A DNA stretch of 64,000 bases from Candidatus Bathyarchaeia archaeon (GTDB lineage Archaea; Thermoproteota; Bathyarchaeia; 40CM-2-53-6): positions 96,001 to 160,000 of the forward strand of contig JBEKVV010000005.1 of the NCBI GenBank assembly GCA_049513715.1, in the 5' to 3' direction. Under the pieces are notes generated by a model. It ran no database searches and was not told the DNA's origin. It was given only the letters and a program-made list of their open reading frames with translations. Below are positions 8,008-17,709 of this stretch, in pieces (the stretch's first letter is position 1; each line of letters begins with the position of its first letter). Made by a program: the position numbers and the translations under genes.

Positions 8008-8639
8008 CCCCCTCTTGTCTTACGCGGTGAAATCTTGGATACCTGTTTCCATATGTCAGCATTGACTGCCATTGAATCCTTTTCACCTTGCAAGACGTTC
8101 CAACCATACTTCCCGGCTAGGAGCAGATAGGCTCGCCGCACGGATGTAAGATACTTCAGATTTTCCTCATGAACATCGCGACAACGTTCCTTCCTGCTGA
8201 ACGAAATCCCCGGCGACACATCGAGAAGAAATACTGAGTCCGGTTTGGGCAAGCCCTTCTCTAACGAAATGAGCCATTCCAACGGGAGCCCGTGCGCCAT
8301 TCCGTATGCTAGGTTCGAAGCAGTGTACCGATTGATGATGACGTAGCGTCCTCGCTGAATCCCGGCTCTGATATTGGAGGCTCTTTCATACTTGTTTGCG
8401 GCATACAGCAGGTGAACTGCATGATAATCAAGCCGCTTGCTCCCCGCCAAATATGCTTTCAGTAACCGACCCACGGGGGTTGTGTAGTCAGGAAAACTCA
8501 TGATGGTTGCTGAGTAGCCCTCGAGCCGAAGCCGTTTCGCGAGAAGTCGTGTCTGAGTCTTTTTGCCGGACTGATCAATCCCTTCGATTGAGATGAGCGT
8601 GCCCCGGGTGCCTGCCAATTTTCCTGCGTCCGCAGTCAC
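8004..8639 (-). CDS. tmk: Thymidylate kinase
   Basis: ISIEGIDQSGKKTQ P-loop, FPDY, PKPDSVFLLDV. Confidence 0.92.
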   Translation of the reverse strand: MTADAGKLAGTRGTLISIEGIDQSGKKTQTRLLAKRLRLEGYSATIMSFPDYTTPVGRLLKAYLAGSKRLDYHAVHLLYAANKYERASNIRAGIQRGRYVIINRYTASNLAYGMAHGLPLEWLISLEKGLPKPDSVFLLDVSPGISFSRKERCRDVHEENLKYLTSVRRAYLLLAGKYGWNVLQGEKDSMAVNADIWKQVSKISPRKTRGG

Positions 8640-8738
8640 ACTAAGTAAAGCTGAACATTAAAACTGAGGGTTCCGACTCGGATCAAGCCAGTTCAAGTAC
8701 TATATACGAGAATCAAGCCTACAACTCCTTGAGGGATT

Positions 8739-9125
8739 TTGGTCAAGGCCAAGTTTGATTACACAGGTATTGGCGTGAGAAACCTTGATGCCTCCATCAA
8801 CTTCTACATAGAGAAGCTAGGCATGCAACTCATGAACAGATGCGATATCAAAGAGACAAAAGGTGAAATTGCCGAGCTGAAGACGCCAGAGGGAAACCAG
8901 AAGCTCGAACTAAACTGGTACGCAGATCGGAAAGACTACAAGAATGGCGATGAGGTTGACCATCTGGCGTTTACAGTAGAGGACGTTGATGCTGCCCTAG
9001 CCGAGCTAAAGAGCCAAGGTGTTGAGGTAGCCATGGAACCGTTCAATGAGGGCTCCGGCCGCTTAGCGTTCATCAAAGACCCAGACGGCATTTGGATTGA
9101 GTTAGAGGGACCCAAGAAACCATAA
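8739..9125 (+). CDS. VOC/glyoxalase I family protein
   Basis: GIGVRNLDASINFY, LELNW, DHLAFTVEDV, FIKDPDGIWIEL. Confidence 0.9.
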   Translation: MVKAKFDYTGIGVRNLDASINFYIEKLGMQLMNRCDIKETKGEIAELKTPEGNQKLELNWYADRKDYKNGDEVDHLAFTVEDVDAALAELKSQGVEVAMEPFNEGSGRLAFIKDPDGIWIELEGPKKP

Positions 9126-9135
9126 CCTGTTCCAC

Positions 9136-10125
9136 TTAGAACGTTCTTGAAACTAGAAACTCAGCTATCGTACCAAGTTCGCTTCTTGCATCGGATTGTG
9201 GCAGCGTCTTCAAAGCATTCATGGCGTTGGCCAAATACGAACCGGCTTGGGTTTTGGCGTAGGTGATAGACCCGTATTTTCCGTACAACCCTACCGCTTT
9301 CTTTGTTTCTGCTCTGGTAATCTTCTTCTTTCCGAGCAGCCGCCTGAAGATCTTCTGATCTGACAAACTCGCAGTCTGAAGGAGGTGCGCTGCCATTATG
9401 GTTTTCTTTCCTTCCCTGATGTCTCCTCCAATCTCCTTCCCGTAATCCTTCACATCCCCTGCGACGTTTAGAATATCGTCGACAACTTGGAAGGCAATAC
9501 CTACGGTTTCTCCAAAATCCGCCAACGCATTCACTTGCTCTTGGGGTGCTCCACCAGCAATAGCTCCTGCCTCTGTTGACAATCGAGTTAACGCTCCAGT
9601 TTTGCACTTTAGGAGGCGAATCACCTCGTCCTCAGTGAACTCCTTCCTCTTCCACATATTGAACTCGAAAGCTTGTCCCCAAGTGATTTCGTACGCGCGC
9701 TCTGCGACGTGCTGAACAAGTTGGTGGCAGCGGTCTTGCGGAATCTTACTTGAGTTGGCGATCTCGAATACTTTTATGAGCATCGCGTCACCTGCATTAA
9801 TCGCCGCGGGTATCCCGTAGATTCTGTGTATGCAGGGCTTTCCGCGGCGTAGCTGGCTTCGGTCCTCTATGTCATCATGAACGAGTGTCATGTTGTGAAG
9901 CAGCTCAACAGATGCCGCAGCTCCCAACGCATCCTCTTTGCGGCCACCGACGGACTCACACGCCAGAAATGTGAGCGCAGGTCGGATGCGTTTTCCACCT
10001 CGGTCCAAGAGATCCCAAACGGATGCGTAGAATTCCTTGGGCTCACCTGTGCGGGGTAGATGTCTTTCCAGTTCGGCTTCGACTTCGCCTTTGTACTTCT
10101 CGAGGATTTCCAGCGCAGATTTCAT
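9136..10125 (-). CDS. Polyprenyl (geranylgeranyl) diphosphate synthase
   Basis: GGKRIRP, LVHDDIED, RRG, FQVVDDILN, DIREGKKT; start moved to ATG 10125. Confidence 0.93.
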   Translation of the reverse strand: MKSALEILEKYKGEVEAELERHLPRTGEPKEFYASVWDLLDRGGKRIRPALTFLACESVGGRKEDALGAAASVELLHNMTLVHDDIEDRSQLRRGKPCIHRIYGIPAAINAGDAMLIKVFEIANSSKIPQDRCHQLVQHVAERAYEITWGQAFEFNMWKRKEFTEDEVIRLLKCKTGALTRLSTEAGAIAGGAPQEQVNALADFGETVGIAFQVVDDILNVAGDVKDYGKEIGGDIREGKKTIMAAHLLQTASLSDQKIFRRLLGKKKITRAETKKAVGLYGKYGSITYAKTQAGSYLANAMNALKTLPQSDARSELGTIAEFLVSRTF

Positions 10126-10341
10126 GTTTCTCCAGAATGTCGGTTGTGCTTCTTCAAGTCTGCTGAAGATGGGTAAACCTGTTTGGGAAAATCGTGATAT
10201 GCTTTGGCTTATCCTGGTTCCGATTTGGAGAGGCAGTAAGATTCTCAGTCTGGAGCGTGGTGATGAATTGCTATATATGACGTACGGAATGTTTTGCGAC
10301 GCCAAACCCAACCGCGCCCAACAAGACGGAAAGTGCAACGG

Positions 10342-11195
10342 ATGCCCATTGCGAGTTTCATCATAACATTCAGGGAGGCGCTAGAAGCAGCTCTCATCTT
10401 AGGTATCGTGGCCGCCTACCTTAAGAAAACAGGACGTACCGACGCGAACCGATACTTATACCTCGGAACAGCATCCGCAATCGGAGCTGCGTCGCGTTCG
10501 CTCTCGCGCTTCAAGCAATCTACGGTGGGCTAATTGGAGTCTATGAGAGCCTCTTCGGAGGATTGACAGCCCTTGCCGTCGTAGGTTTCCTCACCTACAT
10601 GATATTCTGGATGTCCAAAAATGCCAAGAACATGAAAGGCGACCTTGAACGCAAGATTTGATTGGCTTTAACAAACGGCCAACTCCTCGGCGTTGCAGCC
10701 ATAGCCTTCATCGCCGTCTTCCGAGAGGGAATAGAAACAGTCCTTCTCCTAACGGCTGTATTCTTCGTCTACCGTCCGGGCACGACCATCGGCATCTTGG
10801 TCGGGCTGATCGCAGTAGCCGCGGTCTTTGGAGTTGTAATGAAGAGTTCGTATAGGTTGAACCTTCACAGCTTCCTCAAGTACACAAGCATGATCCTGCT
10901 CGTGTTCGCGGCAGGCCTAGTCAGCTTCGCTGCTCATGAACTAGCCGAAACCTCAGAAGCTCTGGGAGTTAACATGGGGATTCTGGGCCAACAGGCTTTC
11001 AACTTTCAGGTGGCAACATCAAGCATGTTCAACGAAGAAGGCTCATTGGGTTCAGTGCTCTCTACTCTCTTCGGGTACACACTAAGCCCTGAATGGATCA
11101 GGTTAGCTGTCTTCCTAGGTTACTGGCTGGTTATCGGTGGATACCTAGCGTTCACGTACCGAGACTTTGCCCATCACGCCATAACGGCCACCTAA
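10342..11195 (+). pseudogene. FTR1/EfeU-family iron permease, disrupted
   Basis: REALE and REGIE motifs; 1-nt frameshift near 10489 and in-frame TGA at 10659-10661. Confidence 0.85.
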
Positions 11196-13453
11196 ACAGT
11201 TGGCAAGGGCTCATATTTCTCAGTCAAAACCCTTCGAATCTCCTCCGAGATCTTTTCCCCTATACCTGAAACTGACATTAGCTCCTGCTTCGACGTCGCA
11301 AAGACATGTTCAACGGTGTGAAAGGCTGCAAGGAGCTTGCGGGCGCGAGTCCTGTCGATGTTAGGTAGGCTTGAAACGATGAATTCCTGCTGGTCTTTAA
11401 GTGCCATAGGTTTGATCTGCGTCATGATTCGCGGCGTACGTTTGTCTTGGATCTGTTCGCGGCGGGCTATCGCGAACATTAGTTGGGCAGTCTCGGAAGG
11501 CTTCTGAGTCCAGACCAGTGGAATCCCGTAATCGATTAAGACGCTGGCATACGCGCCCATCATAGCCTCTGGCCGAACCCGGCCTGAACCGGTAATGCTT
11601 TCACCTTCTACGAGCACAATCGGTTTAGCGTAGGATTCCTTCAACTTAGCAGCTTGCTGAAAGAGTCGTCCGTCGATTATTGATGAAGCGAAATCATCCA
11701 CGCCCTTTCGCTCCACTACAACCCTGTCTGAGAGGACGAAGTCCCCTACGCTGAGGGTTTCAGATTTCACCAGTGCGCCAAGTTTCGCCAGCTCCCTCGT
11801 TACTAATGCGCCGAGTTCTCTCGAATCGGCCACCACAACTACTTGTTCAACCATTTTTCTTTCCTTCATATCAGATGAGATGAATTTCTCCATACGAACC
11901 TGGTCTGGGGATTGGGTACTCTGGGCCTTCACGAATTGCCGAATGGCGCTCGCCATTTCTCGTTCCTTCCGTTGCGATATCCAGTAGTACGCCTCGTCGC
12001 GTGTGCCCTTCGCGATCAGAATAATCGCCTCCCCTGGACCCTTTCGACCTGTTCTTCCTCGGCGTTGAATGTACCTGATTGCGCTGGGAACTGTGTCGTA
12101 GAAGATGACTTCGTCGCACTCGACAATATCCAGGCCTTCTTCGCCGATTTGTGTTGCGACGAGAACATTGTAGGCACCAGACCTGAAATCGTCAAGAATC
12201 ATTGTTTGCTTCTTCTGAGTAAGCCCCCGGTCTCTTTCCCTGGAAGCCTGCCCCACCAGTCGCACCGCTGTAACTCCCTCAACTTTGTTGAGAACTTCCA
12301 CAAGCCTCGCTGCTGTGATCCTGTAGTTAGTGAAGACCATGACGCGGCGGGCACCCTTTGCAAGCGCAGCCCGAATTGACCTTATCAGCTCCGTGACCTT
12401 GGGATGGTCCGCCTCCTTCGCAACGAGTTCGTTAACAATGGACCCCACTCTTTTGATCCTCGCGTCATCCAGAATCATCTTAAGGCCCGGCGACGACCGT
12501 TTCTCACCTTTCTCTTGGAGACTGTCCAAATGCTCCTTCAAGGCCGGGATCCCTTGAGTCTCTAGAAACTCAATCGCCCTGATTGCGTGCACTGCCGCGT
12601 ACACGTAGGCCAAGAACGCCTTAGCATCCCTGTTGCCTTGCGCCGCGTCGGTTAGAATTCGCTGCCTGGCTTCAAGAACATCCCTCAGCCTCACCCGGTC
12701 CATAGCAGCGGTTTCAAGGTACCCGTGGTCTCGAACCGTCCTCAGCTTTTCCCTCAGAAAGGCCTCCAGATCACGTTTCACGTCGTAGAATATCGGCGGC
12801 AGACTGACGGTAATCCATTTGACCTCAATTCCTCCCACGTACCGTCGCACGTCGTCGCTCTGGGTCGTGCGTGACTCAACCCATACTAAGTGAAGGTTTG
12901 AGCAGATTTCACGAACGTCTGCCTCACTTGAGCCCGGCGAAGCGGTTAAGCCAAGAATTAGACCATCATTAATGGTTGCGTAGCGGTCGGCGATGAATAC
13001 GTACGGGTAATCTCCCACACCCCTGTGGGCCTCATCAAAAACCAACAAAGAGAATCTGCCTAACTGAACTTTTCCCGTGAGTAGATCATTCATGAAGACT
13101 TGAGGGGTCGAGAAGATTACAGACTTGGTCCAACCTTCAACACGTTCCTCCGGCGTTACCTCCCCCGTAAGCCAAACAAAGGAACCGGTGGGGACATTCA
13201 AGGTTTTCTGGAAACTCTTGAAGTGCTGAAGTACGAGTGGCTTGGTCGGGGCCAAAACGACAACGCCCCTCTCAGGAAATTGCCGGAGTCGCTCAGCGGC
13301 GACATACGCCGCTATGACTGACTTCCCCAATCCTGTAGGTAAGCATACGAGGGTATTCCTGCGTAGAGCGCCCTTGGCGATGGCTTCCTGGTAGGACCGC
13401 CGCTCGACAGAATCCAACCTCAACAGAGGGTTTGATTCAATGTCGAATGGCAT
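11192..13453 (-). CDS. hef: Hef helicase-nuclease (FANCM/XPF-like)
   Basis: PTGLGKS, DEAH, TAS, QRRGRTGR; ERCC4 nuclease GDF...VERK; C-terminal HhH. Confidence 0.95.
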   Translation of the reverse strand: MPFDIESNPLLRLDSVERRSYQEAIAKGALRRNTLVCLPTGLGKSVIAAYVAAERLRQFPERGVVVLAPTKPLVLQHFKSFQKTLNVPTGSFVWLTGEVTPEERVEGWTKSVIFSTPQVFMNDLLTGKVQLGRFSLLVFDEAHRGVGDYPYVFIADRYATINDGLILGLTASPGSSEADVREICSNLHLVWVESRTTQSDDVRRYVGGIEVKWITVSLPPIFYDVKRDLEAFLREKLRTVRDHGYLETAAMDRVRLRDVLEARQRILTDAAQGNRDAKAFLAYVYAAVHAIRAIEFLETQGIPALKEHLDSLQEKGEKRSSPGLKMILDDARIKRVGSIVNELVAKEADHPKVTELIRSIRAALAKGARRVMVFTNYRITAARLVEVLNKVEGVTAVRLVGQASRERDRGLTQKKQTMILDDFRSGAYNVLVATQIGEEGLDIVECDEVIFYDTVPSAIRYIQRRGRTGRKGPGEAIILIAKGTRDEAYYWISQRKEREMASAIRQFVKAQSTQSPDQVRMEKFISSDMKERKMVEQVVVVADSRELGALVTRELAKLGALVKSETLSVGDFVLSDRVVVERKGVDDFASSIIDGRLFQQAAKLKESYAKPIVLVEGESITGSGRVRPEAMMGAYASVLIDYGIPLVWTQKPSETAQLMFAIARREQIQDKRTPRIMTQIKPMALKDQQEFIVSSLPNIDRTRARKLLAAFHTVEHVFATSKQELMSVSGIGEKISEEIRRVLTEKYEPLPTV

Positions 13454-13546
13454 GTCGTCAACCCCCTACGCGGATGCGGTATGGAATCGAGTAACACGTG
13501 TATAAGTCACGGGGTCTCGACGACCCTGCCCCAAAGCGCTCGAGAC

Positions 13547-13571
13547 AAAAAAAGGATAGATAAAAGAAAAA
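13547..13571 (-). terminator. T-rich tract downstream of the DUF4013 gene
   Basis: Oligo-T runs on the minus strand shortly after the stop codon. Confidence 0.45.
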
Positions 13572-13582
13572 CTGGACGAGTT

Positions 13583-14491
13583 CTACGCTTGCTTGGCGCC
13601 ACAGTTTCCACAGAATCTTGCGCCTGCGGCAAGCTTGCCCCCGCAGCTTACGCAGAACTTGCTTCCCTCCATTGTTGCTGGAGGGGGTGGGGGTGGTGTC
13701 GGGGGAGCTGGCGCAGCAGCGCCGCAACTTGGGCAGAACTTGTGGAAAGGCTGCAGAGCGGCCCCGCAGGACGCGCAGACCAAACCACCAGCCGTTGTTG
13801 GCATTGCTTGGGCCTTCAGTTCTGCGGGTGCGCCTTCGTTGTAGAGAAGGCCAAGCGACCTAAACAGGAATACTGAGAACGGTGGGCCAACAATCGCCGA
13901 AATTATCCATCCGACGAAGGGGATTACTCCCGAAATGACGCCGAGTACCAAGGCGAGTACGACCGTTGCGATTATCCAACCGAGGTATCTTCCCCAGCCG
14001 ATTCCTCGAATGATGGACAGGATTTCACCGAATGCAAACGCCTTACCAAACTTCCCAGTCTTAATCATATGAGCCAAGCCCACGCCCAGCAAAAGCAGCA
14101 ATACGATGGCCAGAACCACTCCTACTAGAATCAGAATCAGGCCAGTTCCGCCAAGCACTACGGCACCCATATCCGAAAAGTTCCCGGCCATGAAGACACC
14201 AGCGAAGATGGAACCTGCACCTGCAAAAATCAACGCCAGAGGAACGATCATGTAGATGAGAGAGGCGAAGAATACCTTCGCACCGTCCACGAAGAGTTCC
14301 CCATATTTCTCCAGCTTGGGTGGAGCCTCGCTGCCCGGGCTCTCTCTTAGCACTCTTGCTGCATAACCTATCACAATCCAGTCCACGAGAGGAATTATAT
14401 CTAGAATGATCAGAATTACCAATCGTCCAATATCGCTGAAAAGCTTCTTCGCATAGTCGAAGCTGTTGCCGAAATTCTCGCTAAGGTTCAC
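13583..14491 (-). CDS. DUF4013 membrane protein with Pro linker and two zinc ribbons
   Basis: IPLV..IVIGY..RV, LFVDGAK; C-terminal CxxC pairs; start moved to GTG 14491. Confidence 0.85.
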   Translation of the reverse strand: MNLSENFGNSFDYAKKLFSDIGRLVILIILDIIPLVDWIVIGYAARVLRESPGSEAPPKLEKYGELFVDGAKVFFASLIYMIVPLALIFAGAGSIFAGVFMAGNFSDMGAVVLGGTGLILILVGVVLAIVLLLLLGVGLAHMIKTGKFGKAFAFGEILSIIRGIGWGRYLGWIIATVVLALVLGVISGVIPFVGWIISAIVGPPFSVFLFRSLGLLYNEGAPAELKAQAMPTTAGGLVCASCGAALQPFHKFCPSCGAAAPAPPTPPPPPPATMEGSKFCVSCGGKLAAGARFCGNCGAKQA

Positions 14492-14655
14492 TACAATATG
14501 CCTCAAATCGAGCAGAATATCTCCAACGCATATAAAACTGTGCAGAGCTGAAGGATTCGCATGGACGCATGGCATGATTGGCTCCGAGGAAACTCGACAA
14601 GGAACAGATGCATCTCTGAGCCACTAGGGGAGAAGAGCGGACCTGAAGTAGACAG

Positions 14656-15006
14656 CTACTCGGGTCGCTCTCTTAACCTTCGGAGTTTCTCGATAGCGTC
14701 CAGCCAACTCGTCAACGCGGTCCCATATGCAGCTAGTTTTTCGGGATCTGTCTCGCTTCGTAAATAAGAGTTCATTTCCTGGATTTTCTCTAAGAGTGTC
14801 TTCTCAGAGTTCTCGAGGACTTTGTCGGACATTAGGCGTGATTCGTCTTCGGCGGTCTTGATTATGGCGACGGGTTGATTGCATTTGGGGCAGAAGGTTT
14901 CCTTCCCTTTCCTGAAGAGAGGGGTTCCACACACTGGGCAGGTTTCCTGAAGCATGGTTGCCCCTGATTTCAGAAGGTCGGCCATCTTCTTGACTTCGAT
15001 TCCCAC
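14656..15006 (-). CDS. UPF0148 / Sjogren autoantigen p27-family zinc-finger protein
   Basis: MADLLKSGATMLQETCPVCGTPLF...FCPKC. Confidence 0.92.
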   Translation of the reverse strand: MGIEVKKMADLLKSGATMLQETCPVCGTPLFRKGKETFCPKCNQPVAIIKTAEDESRLMSDKVLENSEKTLLEKIQEMNSYLRSETDPEKLAAYGTALTSWLDAIEKLRRLRERPE

Positions 15007-15153
15007 GAACGTTTACCGTATAGGACTATGGCGGATGGCTTTTACGCTTGTTGGCTGGGCGGAGAATGGATGTTTCATCCTTGTAGTTGTTAAGAAAGAC
15101 TTTAGATATTGCAGGTGAGTTCTTCTCATTGAAAGGTCTCCTAGTATGCGGGG

Positions 15154-15444
15154 ATGTGTGCTATGTCAACCAAAGCCAAAAGGAAAGAGGAATACGAGGG
15201 ACGAATCAAACAGGCTTTGGCCATACTAAATGATGTTTCTAACGACAACACAACCCCTCGGAACATCCGTAGAGCGGCGAAGAGCGCTTTGGATACTCTA
15301 CAGGCCGCTGACCTTAGTTTGGGCGTTAGGGCCGCCAATGCGATCTCAATTCTCGATGACATAAGCCAAGACCCAAACATGCCACCCTATACTCGCGTGA
15401 AGATTTGGAACGCCGTGAGTTTGATAGAGGCTATTAAGGACTAA
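15154..15444 (+). CDS. UPF0147 family protein
   Basis: DNTTPRNIRRAA...DPNMPPYTRVKIW; divergent from UPF0148. Confidence 0.92.
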   Translation: MCAMSTKAKRKEEYEGRIKQALAILNDVSNDNTTPRNIRRAAKSALDTLQAADLSLGVRAANAISILDDISQDPNMPPYTRVKIWNAVSLIEAIKD

Positions 15445-15504
15445 AAGTGGCTCTACTGTCGCCTCGTTTCGAATTGAGGAACATCTCAGTAGGATTGTTA
15501 TGCC

Positions 15505-16500
15505 ATGGGCACGGCAGTGAAGACTTTCGGCATTACGAAACGATTCGGCAGTTTGACCGCTGTTGATCATATTGACCTTGAAATCTCATCTGAGGAGGTC
15601 TTCGGCCTACTCGGCCCCAATGGCGCGGGAAAGACAACTCTCACACGTATGTTGACAACGGTGATGTCTCCTACATCGGGAACCGCGACGGTCGCGGGAG
15701 TCGACATTCGCCGGAACCCAGCAGGAGTCCGCGACCGAATAGGTGTAGTGTCACAAGCAATGACATTGGACGTTGAGCTAACAGCAATGGAGAACATGGT
15801 ACTCTACGCCAAGTACTATGATGTACCTCACAACGTGAGACAGAAGAGAATCAAGGAACTCCTCGAAGTCGTCGGATTGGCTGACCGAGCCGACTACACC
15901 GTAGGAAGCTACTCAGGCGGTATGAAGAGGCGCCTTGAAATCGTCAGGTCGCTCGTACACCAGCCGGAGATTCTATTCCTAGACGAACCCACAACCGGAT
16001 TAGACCCGCAAGCACGAAACGCGGTCTGGGAGCACCTCCAAAGAATACACAAAGAGGAAGGAATCACGCTTGTGATTACGACCCACTACCTAGATGAAGC
16101 TGAAGGCTTGTGCGACAGGGTTGCGATTGTGGATTTCGGAAAGCTTGTCGCCTTGGGGACTCCTTCCGATTTGAAGAGAGAAGTGTCAGGTGGCGATGTG
16201 GTCGAAGCTGAATTTGCCAAATTGCCGGATACTGCATTGCAGGCTCTGAAATCGTCCGATTTTGTTCTAGATGTTTCAACGAAAGAGAATTCCCTCAGGG
16301 TCGTTGTAAAGAGCGGCGCGGAAGCGGTTCCCAGAATTGTTGAGCTGATAAATGCCAAAGGCGGCAAGATCCGGTCTCTTACGCTTCGTGAGCCAACATT
16401 AGATGATGTGTTCCTGCACTTCACTGGACGAAGCATCAGAGAGGACACGGATATCACTAAGAAGAGATTCGTAAGCAGCTGGGCGGCGATGCGAAGATGA
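15505..16500 (+). CDS. ABC-2/DrrA-type ATP-binding protein
   Basis: GPNGAGKTT, YSGGM, LFLDEPT, TTH; C-terminal EPTLDDVF. Confidence 0.95.
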   Translation: MGTAVKTFGITKRFGSLTAVDHIDLEISSEEVFGLLGPNGAGKTTLTRMLTTVMSPTSGTATVAGVDIRRNPAGVRDRIGVVSQAMTLDVELTAMENMVLYAKYYDVPHNVRQKRIKELLEVVGLADRADYTVGSYSGGMKRRLEIVRSLVHQPEILFLDEPTTGLDPQARNAVWEHLQRIHKEEGITLVITTHYLDEAEGLCDRVAIVDFGKLVALGTPSDLKREVSGGDVVEAEFAKLPDTALQALKSSDFVLDVSTKENSLRVVVKSGAEAVPRIVELINAKGGKIRSLTLREPTLDDVFLHFTGRSIREDTDITKKRFVSSWAAMRR

Positions 16501-17633
16501 AAGGCGCCATTTGGGTTTGCGAACGAGACATTCGCAAGTTTGCTAGGCAGCCCGCCGTAATGTTGTCAGCGATTGTCGGCCCTTTCCTAACATTGATACT
16601 CCTGGGTTATGCTTTCGGTGGCGCCATAACCAACATTCCGGTCGCCGTTGTTCGTGACAGCGATGGCCCCTTCTCATCCAATTACCTTGACATCATAAGA
16701 GCAGAACAGACCTGCGCTTATGGAGGCGTGAATTGTGGTAATTCTTTCCTTCTGAAAGACGTGGGAGACTTGGACAATGCTGAGGTCATGCTTCGCGCAG
16801 GCACGGTCAGAGCTGTGATTTACATTCCGACGGATTTCGACAAATCCCTTGGCACCTCAAACAACGTCGTCTTGACAGTCTATTTGGATAATACGGATCC
16901 GCTCAGTTCAGCTGCGGTAGCGGGTCAACTGGCCAAGGCAGATCAACAGCTGCAAGGTCAGATACAGGTAGTCACATCCCAGGGCGCGGCCATCACTCTC
17001 GACCAAGCCAACTTGTACCGTAACGTACTCTACATCGAGTTCATGGCACCTGGCTCATTAATTCAATCAATCATGTTTGCTTCCATAATCGGCGGCGGGA
17101 TATCCATCTTGTTCGACAAACAGCGAGGAATCATCGAAGGCTACCTTGTTACACCGCTCAAGCAGTACGAAATCGTCGTCGGAGTGCTCCTTGCAGGGGT
17201 CATAAAGGCCATGTTCTCAGCAAGCACTATGCTTGTGCTCGCAATCGTTTTCGCGGGGGTACGTCCTATGGCCGGAGTTCTCGACATCTTCCTGATGTTC
17301 TTCACGATTTTTCTTACTGCTTTAGGGCTAATCTCGATGATGACTGCTTACGCTGTCAGAGCTCCAGCTCCTGAGGTCTACCAATTCACAGCATTTCCGA
17401 TCAACCTAATCCTGTACTTTACGAGTGGAGCGGTCTACCCCGTCGAGGGATTTCCTGCTTGGATGAGATCTGTGTCTGCTTTCAACCCAGAGGCTTATGC
17501 GATTCACGCGCTTCGTCTAATCATGTACAAGGGTGCTACAATTTCGGCAGTTGCAGGTGATTTCGTGTTCCTTGCAATTTTCACGTTGGCAATGGTGGCT
17601 CTTGCGACGGCAGCCTTCAAGCGAGCTCTTTGA
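16497..17633 (+). CDS. ABC-2 permease with large extracellular loop
   Basis: TM1, extracellular domain containing CAYGGVNC, then TM bundle ending ...GAVYPV..FPAWM..NP. Confidence 0.9.
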   Translation: MKGAIWVCERDIRKFARQPAVMLSAIVGPFLTLILLGYAFGGAITNIPVAVVRDSDGPFSSNYLDIIRAEQTCAYGGVNCGNSFLLKDVGDLDNAEVMLRAGTVRAVIYIPTDFDKSLGTSNNVVLTVYLDNTDPLSSAAVAGQLAKADQQLQGQIQVVTSQGAAITLDQANLYRNVLYIEFMAPGSLIQSIMFASIIGGGISILFDKQRGIIEGYLVTPLKQYEIVVGVLLAGVIKAMFSASTMLVLAIVFAGVRPMAGVLDIFLMFFTIFLTALGLISMMTAYAVRAPAPEVYQFTAFPINLILYFTSGAVYPVEGFPAWMRSVSAFNPEAYAIHALRLIMYKGATISAVAGDFVFLAIFTLAMVALATAAFKRAL

Positions 17634-17709
17634 GAAAGAGGGCCGCGTGATTCCTAAAGAGCAACCTTAAATCAGGTTTAGCCGAAAGTTAGCCGCCTTT
17701 GATTGGAAC

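Noticed and set aside
10659..10661. Selenocysteine or programmed readthrough of the TGA in FTR1
   Set aside because: Not a Cys position, no SECIS seen, and the gene has a separate frameshift.
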